This document shows positions 12,512-23,980 of a stretch of DNA of 64,000 bases, in pieces. A program made the position numbers and the translations under genes. The notes beneath the pieces are model-generated. The model saw only the letters and a list, made by a program, of their open reading frames with translations. It had not been told where the DNA came from and ran no database searches. How positions within the stretch are numbered: the first letter of the stretch is position 1; each line of letters begins with the position of its first letter. Source of the DNA: Phoronis australis (taxonomy: Eukaryota > Animalia > Phoronida); NCBI GenBank assembly GCA_002633005.1, contig NMRA01000068.1:222453-286452 (forward strand), in the 5' to 3' direction.

Positions 12512-13927
12512 TGACAGCTTCACAGGAGCAAAATTTGATCTGAAGTTCGGTTTCCTGGAATTAAAATACTAAAAACTTGAAAGGAAATAAAGTCAGCCCT
12601 AATAATTTGTTGTGACATGTACGCAACTTGGAAGAACAGTTCAATCGCTTGTTATACTTGGAAGAAGATCAACTTGGGGAACGAAACTGGCCAAAAAGTG
12701 AACAGGTGACGGCGCCGAAAGCCGACCTGAAAAAACGCACCCAAATTTTAGCAGCAGAGTGACTGGCAGAATGCCAATGTTTGCAAAACCGGTAAATAAT
12801 TTAGTTTACTCAAGGAAGAGTGAAATTTAATGACGCTAATTTTGTGTCAGATTTTATTTGATAAATTTTTACCTACATTGGTGCAACGGCTGTATAGTAA
12901 TACAGCTTGCACCAAGGCAAGGCTACGCAGTTGGGGCCCTTTCCTGGCCTGATGCTGAGAATTGCATCGTTCCACTAATAGTCAACACTACACGGTGGGG
13001 AAACTTGTATTATGAACTTTTGAGCGCGAAGATCGCAGACGAGTTTTACACATTAAGCACAGTTTTGTAGCCGAGAGGCACTCACACAATGAGCTATATA
13101 CGGTACATAATAAGCTTAATTTATTTCATTGCCTTCACCCACGGTACAGCCTCAGTGTCGTTAGATGCGCATTAGTCAAGAGGAATTAACATTGGGAAAA
13201 CGCTTTTTATACAAAAATGTGAAAGAATAACAAAGATGTGATTTCTGATATAGACTTAATTAAGTTACATTAAAAATGTAATAACTATGTTGTTGTACTT
13301 CGGGAATCTTGTAATATAGCACTGAATACGGTATCAAAATCATGAATTCAATATGATCCCAAAAACGAGAAAATAGAAGATAAGCGTCTTTACAGACATG
13401 AATGTAACGTACAAAGTTACGTACCCGGTGCCAGTATGTCGTGTCCACTAACACACGACTACCTTGTACAAACTTGTGTCATATCTGCATTTTTCTGATG
13501 TCTTGTAGGAACTTTATGAGAGCCACATGCTCAAATAATGTGTTGTGACAACCACCAGAAACACAACACCTCGCTATTCTTTGTTATACCGTAAACCACA
13601 AGAAGATGTGCAACTACATCTGACGGCTTTTCACACTAAACACAATGGACGATGACTTGTGTTGCGATTGGTTGTCCCTATTCTACGAAGTTTGTATTGG
13701 CCATTGATTGCTTGTAACTCGAGATCTGCCAGCTAAGTAACGTATTGTCAGATAGTGTTTTTGGGTGATCTAATTTGACAGGTTGTTTTTTGGTATTATT
13801 GATGTGGAATTGAGCTCTTCTTTCCCATCTAAGTTACAAGAGCAAGCTAATCCCACTTACATCATCGTTTCTAGGGTGGTGACCTCTTCGACCTAGGAAT
13901 GTTTGTAAGTGACTCAGTGAATGATAG

Positions 13928-13977
13928 GGCTAACTATGGTCTTGCAAACAGCGGCTAACTATGGTCTTGCAAACAGC
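13928..13977. repeat. Perfect 25-bp tandem duplication
   Basis: GGCTAACTATGGTCTTGCAAACAGC x2. Confidence 0.9.
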
Positions 13978-15577
13978 GTCTGCTGATAAGATATACCCTG
14001 TCTGAAAGCGATACCGGAAACAACTAAAAAAGCCTCAGTACTCTTGGAAATATTTTCTTGATTCCTTACAAGCATAAAAGATCAGCATTAAGGGTGTCTG
14101 TAAACAAAAAAAATTCCCACAATTCATAATTTTCTTGCATTGAAGTGAAGGGTTCTGTGTGACCTCATCATTCAAAGTAGGCCAATCTTTCCTGTAGTTA
14201 GTTCTGTCTGCAATGAAACCACAAGTCATAAAACACCTGGCCTTGAGGGATGTTGTTAATGGTGGATTACAGTAAATTACTCTGAGGAAATGTCAACTCC
14301 ACTTTCATGAGCATTTGTTGCAGCCATGCTAAATTCTCACAAGGGCAGTTGGCGTCGCATGGTTGCATATTTTCTTTCGCACACCCGTCAACCATAAAGC
14401 CCTGTATATTCAGATTTTATCACACACTCCAACTATCGGAAAAGTGTATTTGATTTATTTTGTGCAAAATAAGTGGAGATTTACCGTAGTTGCAATTTTA
14501 TTTGTAAATCCTTTTGTAACACTTCCTTATTCATACACCTTTTCTCTAATTGTATGCAATGTGCCCAGTTTTGATAATTGAAAACTGCTATTTTTCATGT
14601 GCGAAATTTTGGCATTTTTGTAATAAACACTTAAAGGCATATCAGGTATATTCCTGACCAGGTTTGAACCTGTGCCCTTTGGGCGCTTCTCATGAGAAAA
14701 AGTACGCCTTTTATCAAAAAGTTGTGCCCACCAGACTTTTGTAATTAAACTAGTAACATATGAAGTAGAAATCCCAAGGGCAATGGAAATAAGAACAGTC
14801 ATGTTTTACCCGACTAGCTGTAAGTTGACTAGAATCTTGTATTTTTGAAAGTGTTGCGATTAAAAGATGTGCCCGGGGGGGGGGCGCACTGCGGCCTGGT
14901 ACTTGCGCCTTTCAATTTTTTAGGCGTTATGGTTTAAAGGTGCAGCCCAGGAATTTCCCTGGCTTAAAGGTCAACAAAAGTTATGGAGTTCACAAGTTCT
15001 AAATTGGTGATTTTTGTATCCAATTCAAGCCACATTTTTACAAAGTGTACAGAACAGCCCAGTACAACAGTTCACTATACCAAAAGCATATTTTTTTAAG
15101 TAAATTATTTTATGTAAGCTGTACTGCTTTTTCCCCTTTACCGTATTGTTTTTATTCTCGGGTCAGTGACCTTTTTGTTCTTCCGCTATTGGTTTACTTA
15201 TACCATGTGATTTCTTTGTCTCGTCGCAACACTGCCATCGTCCATGTTTTCCCTTCAACTCAGTATTTTTCATTCAATTTCTCTATAAACCTCCCACTCT
15301 CAATACATTTTGTTACTATTCTCAGTGTTACGATGTTGCTTTGACCTATTGTTACTCACATTATAGTTCAACATATTTTTTACCTTTTGTATTTCTCAAC
15401 ACCTGTTGTAGTTTAGTGCAGATTGTCTTCCACCTTTACAGCTCAACTTATTATATAACTTTTGTATTGATTGATAGATTAGTTTGTTATAAATGTATAT
15501 GACCTTTTATCTCGTCTTCATTTGTTGTTTCATTGTAAACTAGCTTCCAGTTAGCGCATATAATTAAAATTTTGTAA

Positions 15578-16757
15578 TTTTTATGCGCCCACATATTTCT
15601 ATGTGGTCGCATATTGCAGTCATCTCTGTCTGGGTGTCCGGCGTACGTAGCTGTATCTCCTAAACCCCTCACAGGGTCTTGATGAGATTTGGCAGGTGTG
15701 CTCCTGTGAAGCTGACGACGGACTACAATGAATTTCGGACCTCTCCAACTACCGGTGTGTCCCCTAGTGGCAATTTTAGTTTTTTATGCTTACCTCTATA
15801 TCTTTGGAGGTCCTCGACAGATTTTCATAAAATTTGGCAGTTAGGCATCTATTAATGAGATGATGCCATCCTCCCGTTTCCGGACGGATTCGAGGTACTT
15901 GGCGCCACCTAGTGGCCATTTTTACTCTTTTCGAGTCTGCCATTATCAACCAAACCGATCTAGGGATGATTTTGAAAATTGGCCTATATGTTCTTGCTGT
16001 GAAGAGGGCGGCTGATGATGATTTTCCGATGACTTAGACTACTATGGCACCTCCTGGTGGTAGTTTTGTTTGTTTTTTGCACCCATGGCTGTATCTCCTA
16101 AACGCTCTACAGGATCTTTATTGAATTTTTCTGGTGTATTTACATGAAGTTGACAACAGAGGATGATTACTTTCGGGCGGAGTTACCGGTGTGCTCCCTA
16201 GTGACAATTATAGTTTCTTATGTTGACCTCTGTATCTTAAAGGGTCATCAATGCATTTTCAGAAAACTTGGCAGTTAGTCATCTATTAGTGAGGTGACGC
16301 TGTCATTCGGTTTTCAGTAAAATTCGAGGCATTTTGCACCACCTTGTGGCCATTTTTACTGTTTTCGAGTCTTGTTATTTGGCGTCTGCCCCTCTATCAA
16401 CCAAACCACTCTAAGGATGGTTCTGGAAATTGGCATTTATGTTCCTAATGTGAAGTGGAAGTCTGACGATGATTTTCCTATGACGTTATCTACTTAGGTG
16501 CCTCATAGTGGCAGTTATGTTTTCTTGCGCTTATAACCTCTTAGTGGCAATTTCATTTGTTCGTCTTCCTGTTTTCTGAGAAGTTCCTTGACAGATTTTT
16601 ATGAAATTTGGTAAATAGCTTTGATGACACATACGCGTTCTTCGACATATTTTGCGCCATCTAGTTGCCATTTTTATGTTCCAAGTAAACACCCCTAGAA
16701 GCACACCATTAGCGGTGCATTCGTGGGTGCATTTCAACGCTCTGCAATGCTCTTGTT
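15578..16757 (+). mobile_element. Helentron/DINE-1-like non-autonomous element with internal ~145-bp tandem array
   Basis: T-run start, hairpin TATGCGCCCACATA/TATGTGGTCGCATA, 3' subterminal match GTGGGTGCAT, CTTGTT end, and 7-8 diverged internal monomers. Confidence 0.65.
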
Positions 16758-17433
16758 ATATTTCTAGTTGAAAAATTGGACGCTGTGGTGTATGGCCTAT
16801 CGAGACCACGCCCGGGTAGTAATACACTTTGTTTGGGTCTCTTGCACATGCGAAATTGGTCTTCAAAGCATCTGTGTTATGAATACTGAAAAACGAGTAC
16901 ATAGTTGCATTTTTAAAAGCATATGAAGAATATTAATGAATCTATCGTGATCGCACCATTTTGCAGAAAAGTTATTCGCTGTACCGCAGTCTCATTGAAC
17001 CTACATTTCCTAAGGTAACCTATCCGTGCAGTTGTCTCAAATTTAAAGCCACCCTGATTATGTTCTTGGTTGAGAATGAGTTGTTTTAGATTCAAGAAAA
17101 GATATTGTTAGTGATTGGAACTGAGCAGGTTTTAGGCGGCTCTGTGTGTTGCATCAGTTGTCAGGTTTTGAGCGCTGTGTGTCTTCATGTGTCATGTAAC
17201 TAGTGATGCAGTGGGGCGTAGACAGTACACCACCTTTTTCATTTTCAATGTAGTGTCGACATTCTATAAATTGAGGTGCAAGGTTGCATAGACACACAAG
17301 ATATCCTGTGATTCAGCCATATACATACCTCTAAATTAACCACTATAGCACTACATTTAACATGTTTTTTGAAGTTCTGTATGTGATGAGAGGTTTTGTG
17401 CCATGTATATGCACAATCAGTCACTCCACTAGC

Positions 17434-17460
17434 ATATATATATATATATATATATATATA
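17434..17460. repeat. (AT)n microsatellite
   Basis: Directly visible, just 3' of GPCR paralog 2. Confidence 0.95.
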
Positions 17461-17546
17461 ATGTTGACAGTTTTGCCAGTGCATTGTTATAAAACACTTG
17501 TGTGTGTTGATTCCAGTGGCAATGTTGGTACCATATTCAGTAGGGC

Positions 17547-19164
17547 TCATTGACATGTTTCTGCAGCTATCTGTGCTCGGAACCAGTTGATAGGTTTCTG
17601 TAGATATCTGTACACAATACATAGTATTCTTCTGTATGCATCCCGAAAGCGCCTGTTCATAGTTCCATATATTATGGGATTTACGCATGATCCAGTCCAA
17701 AAAAACAATGCAGTTATCATATACGCTGCTCGTGAAAACTCATTCTGACTGTCAGCCAAGTTGACGATGGTGAATGGTAAATATGTGGATGCAAAGGCTG
17801 CAAACACAATGAGAATCATGCGGAAAGACCTTAACACCCGTTGTTGGTCCTTCACCATGTTGCGCTGGTGCACAGCTTTTAAGGTTCGCTGGACACGCTT
17901 TGTGCTAATTGCTGTCGATGTACTCTCTGCACGTTTCTCTGATGTTTCATTCCGTACCATGTCCATGCCATTATGAGTAGATGGGCTGATACCCTCTTCT
18001 GCCTTGGCTGTTGCACAAATTGTTGTGTCGTACTGAATGATCGCTGTGTACTGCGCATGAACTGTGGTGAGTTTTTCAGCAATTAGTTCAACATTTTCCA
18101 GTGACACAGCATTGTCTTGTTTGGGCACAGACACGTCAACACAAAATTGTAGACTCTGTGAGGGTTTTTTTAGCTTTGGGCTGTCTGATGAAGTAGTCGA
18201 TAAGTTGTCCTGAGTTTTGACTAGCTTTGCAGAACCTTCAATGTTGGCAGACTGAGAAGAACACGCATTTGAGGAAATATCACTACAGACACAGTCTGCA
18301 TATTGACATGGTCCAATGCTTTCTAATTCTGCTTCAGAGATTATTGACCTACAAAATGGCTCGGTAATTCTCACTGGGCTTGTGTTGCTCGGCTCAACTG
18401 TGAACACTGCATCAGAGAAGGTGTTGGTTGTCTGTAAACGAGTTGTGTTCAGCATTGCATGGGATGAGGTTAGATTCTGTGCCTGGTTAGTAGACACTCG
18501 CTTCCGACTGTTTCGAATGACTATACTGATGCCCAAGTAACACACAAATATTACTAAACTTGGGAGAACAAAACCAACAATGAAAAGGATGTTGATAAAC
18601 GTCGTCGATTCTGCTCTCACGTAGTTACATCTTCCAATCTGATCTGTGTAATCTATCTTGGTCCATGCTGGTTCCACAACGCTAGGAAGAACTGTGAAAA
18701 TTGAAAGCAACCATACGAACGTCACTTGCAAAAGAAGCATAGGCCGCCTCGTGATTAAACTATACTTTCCAGGACAAGATATCAAGAAATATCTATTGAT
18801 TGCTATTAGCTTAATATGGAACGGTGATACAATAACCAGCAATGTTCCAAAATAAGCTTGAAACAAGCAGACTTGCGAGGATAAGTTCCAGGCGCGATTA
18901 TAGTAGCTGTATACATAGAATGGCATGATAATTGTATTCATCATCAAATCTGCAACTGCCAGACTTGCTATGAGAAAGTTGTGAGCTGTTCGCAGTTTCT
19001 TGACTGTGGTTACAGCCATGATCACCATCACATTGCCTGCTGTTCCCACGACGATGATGAGAATAATAAAGTAACTGCCTACTTGGCCCACCATGTTGTC
19101 TGGGTCATCCAGACTACTGTTGTACACCATCTTGGTAAAATGCACCGATTTTAATTCACTTTTC
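17547..19164 (-). CDS. Class A GPCR paralog 2 (Tre1/moody/GPR84-like), main exon, nested antisense in FEN1 intron
   Basis: ~540-codon ORF colinear with paralog 1; NRY, NPIIY; acceptor ttttcag at 19165; internal ATG at 19130 (an unspliced in-frame ATG also exists at 19187). Confidence 0.93.
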
Positions 19165-19881
19165 CTGAAAAATAAACGGGTTGACATAATGTAAACACAT
19201 TTTAAGTTGTTGAGAAATTCTTGTCACTGGAGGGATTAATATCAGTAAACAAGCATTTTTTAAAAAATGATCTTACGTGCAGAACGAGCCTCGTCTCTAG
19301 CATCCATACTACTTTCCTAGGCTGTTTGTGCACGCCTTGTCTCTAATATACCTGAGTACTATTCACCTTGACTGCCTAATGCGTGACGTATAGCCTTTTT
19401 ACCTAATGAGTTTTTCCCTGCAATATATTGACTTGCCACTTGATAATTCAAATCACCTAGTTACTGCCAGGCATTAGTCTTTTGAGTTTCCTTATTATAC
19501 TAATTAATGGTTCTTAGCTAATTAGTTGCTTGTGGTGTCTCCGTAATTTGTGAGTTAATAAGAAGAATAAGAAGAAAGTATTCATAATTATAGCTTTCAC
19601 ATGACTGTGGTCCCTGTAGCAACATAACTCTTCTTTCATCAACCTAATTGCATGCAGTTTCATTACTCTTATCCTATATCAAAACTTCATTTGGTGATCT
19701 GAAATGTGCTGAAGTGGCAAAAAAAATTTTTAAAATAAATGTATTTCTGGGACTGAAGTCAGTAGACAATGCCTTGTCATATTGTGGACTGTTGAAATAG
19801 ATCGCAAGCTAACCCTGCACTATCATTTTATCGGTTTCCATCGGAAGCCAACGAAAGAAATGATAAGGTAAGTCAACTCAC

Positions 19882-19913
19882 CTGAATTGAAAGTAAGGGA
19901 TCACCACTCGCAT
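19882..19913 (-). CDS. Second candidate upstream exon of the GPCR (MRVVIPYFQF-R)
   Basis: ATG followed by a consensus CAG/gtgagt donor in phase 2; short, could be chance. Confidence 0.28.
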
Positions 19914-21705
19914 TGTGCACCGCCTTGGCTAAGATAATTTGTTCTGACAACTGTTGTGCACCACAGTATATAACTTTGGTACAAAAGTATATATTATGAA
20001 ATATTTTGCCGTTCTACCATATACTGGAGATTGTGACTAAAGTGTGCTCACGATGGACACTTCAGCATGATAGGACAACATATTTTCCTGGACTTTTAAG
20101 TAAAATGACTTCATCTAGTGGCAAATTGGTCAAGAGGCTAAGATTTCACTTCAAATCGATAGGCAGAGGCAGAGGGAAAGTCTTTTAAGAAGGTGTGAAA
20201 TAGGTATAGACTGTGTTGGTAGCCAAGCGGAATGGAGGATGTGGGTATATGGGATGAAATGTTGACTGGGAGGAGGAAGAAATTGATGGTGGCTTGGGGC
20301 CAGGTGAAGTTCACCTGTATTTGGGCAAAGCTCTGTCACATGCCCATCTCAAATAGCCAAGCCCAGATGTGTCTAGTATGTTAAATCTAAGAATGTTCAA
20401 AATTTTAAATACTTTGTCATTTGTGTCTAATTTTTACCACAAAAAGGATTTTGTTCCTAGTTGAATGTGACTTTCATTTTGTTCCTTAAATAGTGAAATA
20501 CAAAATGTTATTTTTCAACTTGTGCAAAAAGCATTCTGTTAAAAACCATCCAATAAATCAATATTGGTTATCCACGAGAGATTTTTCAACAAAAGGATAA
20601 CAGCCTCTTTTGTAGTCAACAATACCTGGTCACATCTGGGCTCCACTCGAATACAAGTTCTAAAACTGATGCCAAAATTTGTGGCTTCTCATGAATGTGG
20701 AAGTACCAGGCGCATCATGGAGTCCTAAAAGCAGGAACGGTTATGAGCAGCTGCAACAACTGGTTCATTTCGACCAGGGACATTTGTCTTAATAATCGAG
20801 TCTAAAATTGTTGGATAGCTGTCTTTTTATGAGTCCGACCCCAGACAATCACCTATATGTAAAAGCATTATAGCAATCAGTCTGTGTAAAAAATATAGGC
20901 CCTACAACATCTCACTGGTTTCTGTCCCGGTCCATTAAAAAGTTTCAAGTTAGCGATTTTCAAGTCATTTTTTCAGAAGTTCTAGCAAAACTGTGTTCTT
21001 CAACCATGGCATCATATGTCTTCATACAGAACACCTTCATTGTAAAACATATACACTGTATGTGGAAAATTGGTTAAAAACACTACACTTGTTGTTGTTG
21101 ACCATCTTTATTCCATTCCGTTTGTATCCAACAACAAGCGTCGTACATTTATGCATAACAGAAAATGTGCTACTCAAGTACAGCAAGTTCAAGTTACTAT
21201 ATATGGAAATGACCATAAAACAGGCTTGGTACTTGGGTAGCACATTCATGGTAATTCAAGCAAACTTAAGTCCAGAGTAAAACCTGGTGTAGTCACAAAG
21301 TGCTATGCTCAATTTTCTGTCACAACCACACGTCATTGGGAATTAACGGATTAATCAACCACCAATGTGCATTTAAGTGAATTCTTGTTATTACCTGAAT
21401 GGTATCTGCTTGAGTAAGCTATCCAAGGCCAATTAAGTGACCAAGTCCCAGCAAAGCTTGTGCTGATCAGACCAGCAGTGTCAAATGATTTTCAAACCTG
21501 CTTAAATAATGCAGGACAAAATGTCATAAGTTAGTTGAAATAAAATATCAGCTTAGAACTTTAAAAGTGACTGACTTTTGACTGCCACCAAAAAGATGAA
21601 CAACAATAAATATAGAAGGATGTCTTTTGAAAAAAACAATAAAAGATTATTAAAGATACCATAATCTACTATAAAATGGATGTTCTTCAAAATTTCAAGT
21701 CTCAC

Positions 21706-21752
21706 CTGTGCTCATACAAGGAGAGATTTTGGAACTCCTGGTTTATATCCAT
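21706..21752 (-). CDS. Candidate upstream coding exon of the nested GPCR(s): MDINQEFQNLSLYEH-R
   Basis: ccgATGG start, N-glycosylation sequon NLS, CAG/gtgaga donor in phase 2 matching the phase-2 acceptors of both GPCR main exons. Confidence 0.5.
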
Positions 21753-22505
21753 CGGTGTCTGATTAAACCTTCAGTTGTGATCAGTGACAGGGTAATGTCT
21801 TCGTTACTTCTAGTAAAAGTTGGTGAGAACCACGGACATCCTAGGCTGATGATCGTTTCGTAATTCATAATGTAAAAGTTGCGTAGGCCTAGAGCTCTAT
21901 TGAGGATCAACAGTTATCACTAGCCAGTGGAGTGAGGAGTGTTCAAGACTCCATGATTGTTATCGCAAACTTGAAGAATAACTCAGGCGTGCGCAGTGGC
22001 GTCCACACATGAAGTTTGTGGTGTCATGACATTGACATTTGTAGCAACACTCTGGTTGCGTGAGGGCACTGCGGAGGAACATACACAAACACTCTAACTA
22101 GCAATCGTGGCACTACACAAGTGCTTCTGGTCTTTGTTGTAGTTTTTGTCAGCATAGTTTCTATTACTCTCACTATGTTTACATTGATTCACTTTTTGGT
22201 TTGTGTGATCCTCATTTGTATTCGTGACCATGTACTGGCTCATTCACATCATTGGTAAGTGTCAGCAATATCTCAGTGTATGATGATGACAATACTTTTA
22301 GGTTATCATACATTGTAGACGCTGCGCCCTTACCACCATGCTCCTTATGCAAAAGCATGTCTATTTTCATTCATATGCTGTTGATTAGTTGTGGATTAGT
22401 TATGGATTAGTGAGACTGATTTAGTAGTTACACAAAATGGTTTCTTTGCAACATGTAGTTTTCGTTTACGAAATTATGGCATGAACTGTTGATTTGTGTT
22501 TTCAG

Positions 22506-22572
22506 AAAGTTACCTATCAAGGAATTCTACTTGGACAGAGCTTTAGCAGAAATGGAACTCACGATAGAGCAG
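22506..22572 (+). CDS. FEN1: FEN1 exon (KLPIKEFYLDRALAEMELTIEQ)
   Basis: ttcag acceptor after the 17.3-kb intron; phase 2 matches the previous exon; gtaatt donor. Confidence 0.93.
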
Positions 22573-23097
22573 GTAATTGTTTCATCTCTAAGAGGCTATT
22601 CACCTACATCATTCTTCTTTGTCAACTACATGTCCGACAGTGATCTGTTAAGGAATGGTATAGTTCGCCAGAAGGAATCAACAGAGCTAATGGATATTTG
22701 TGTAGAGTATCATTTATTTCTTATCTCCCGTAAGTTTCATGAACCATCGAGACAAAAACACAACTTAAAATGTTGGTTCAGTTGTCCATAATTTGTGTAG
22801 TCACAAATTGTTCTGATAGGATGTATTGCTGAGCCTGGATGCCATTATTTTAGGATGATTATCAGCCTCATTCTCCTCTAAAAATCTTTTAAATAATATG
22901 AAATTACCCTCACCAATGAAAAAATGTCCTAATTATCACACATTCCTTTAAAGATTTGAATTAGTTTCCTTTCACTCAGACTTAGAATTGGTGGCAACCA
23001 GGGGTTCCTTTGTTTGAAAAAATAGCAGTCATAAGACACGGACACCTTTCCCCTCAGGTGACCTATGACCCTGTAATGCCTAATTTTGTTCTTTCAG

Positions 23098-23229
23098 TTC
23101 ATAGACCTGTGTATTCTCCTCGGGTGTGATTACTGTGATTCCATTCGAGGGATTGGCCCAAAAAGAGCCATTGAGTTGATCCGACAACACAAATCCATTG
23201 AGGAAATCTTGAAACACATTGACACTAAG
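23098..23229 (+). CDS. FEN1: FEN1 exon, H3TH motif ([44 protein letters not shown])
   Basis: Canonical [12 protein letters not shown]...GIGPK; GT-AG boundaries. Confidence 0.97.
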
Positions 23230-23947
23230 GTAGGTGCGGAAATGGAGTGTCAGAGCGTAAGTGGTCTGAATCTGTTCTATCATGTTATGTTTGCTCAGTA
23301 GCACTATTGCTCTTTGTGTGTATTGTTTGAAGAGATCCTTGATAGTAATGTATTCAAAGCCAAGCCACATAGTGCCGTGTTTAGTAAGGAGTATTGGTGT
23401 CGTATAGCAACCAGTGTGTAGGATATTCTGGTGCGATTTGGCAGTCAGTGTGTGTCATTTTAAAATATGATGTGTTAGAAAAGTCACAATAAGCATAAAA
23501 ATGCTAGTACATGTCTCCTGTAGTTTTGGCTTAGTTATTAAACATAGTAATTCGACAAAGTACCATTTCCTGTCAAGAATGTCTATCTACTCAACTTACT
23601 TTAGGTCTCTGCTTTAATCTCAATAGGATAACGTTACATTTTAAACTTCAACAGAAGCGAGTTTTGCAAAATATCACTGACTTCAGACAAAAGCGATAAA
23701 AATAAGAGATCATTTTTGAAAGGCTACTGATATTGCTGTTGCCTTGTTTGTCATATTGTGTGGTGAGATTTTCCTTATGTGTTGAACGATGCAAGCATAT
23801 TTCTTGGCCATTCACTAGGCAGCTTATTTTACAATTATAGGAATCAATGCATGCTGGGTGTTTTATTATGAGAAACTTGTGTGTTTGTGTCAACCTTGTG
23901 TCATAAATATCCTCAGTTTGCATGATATTTTATGTTCTATTTTCCAG

Positions 23948-23980
23948 AAATATACAGTACCTGAAAACTGGATGTTCAAG
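23948..23980 (+). CDS. FEN1: FEN1 33-nt exon (KYTVPENWMFK)
   Basis: tttccag acceptor, gtaagt donor; KYxVPENW motif. Confidence 0.92.
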
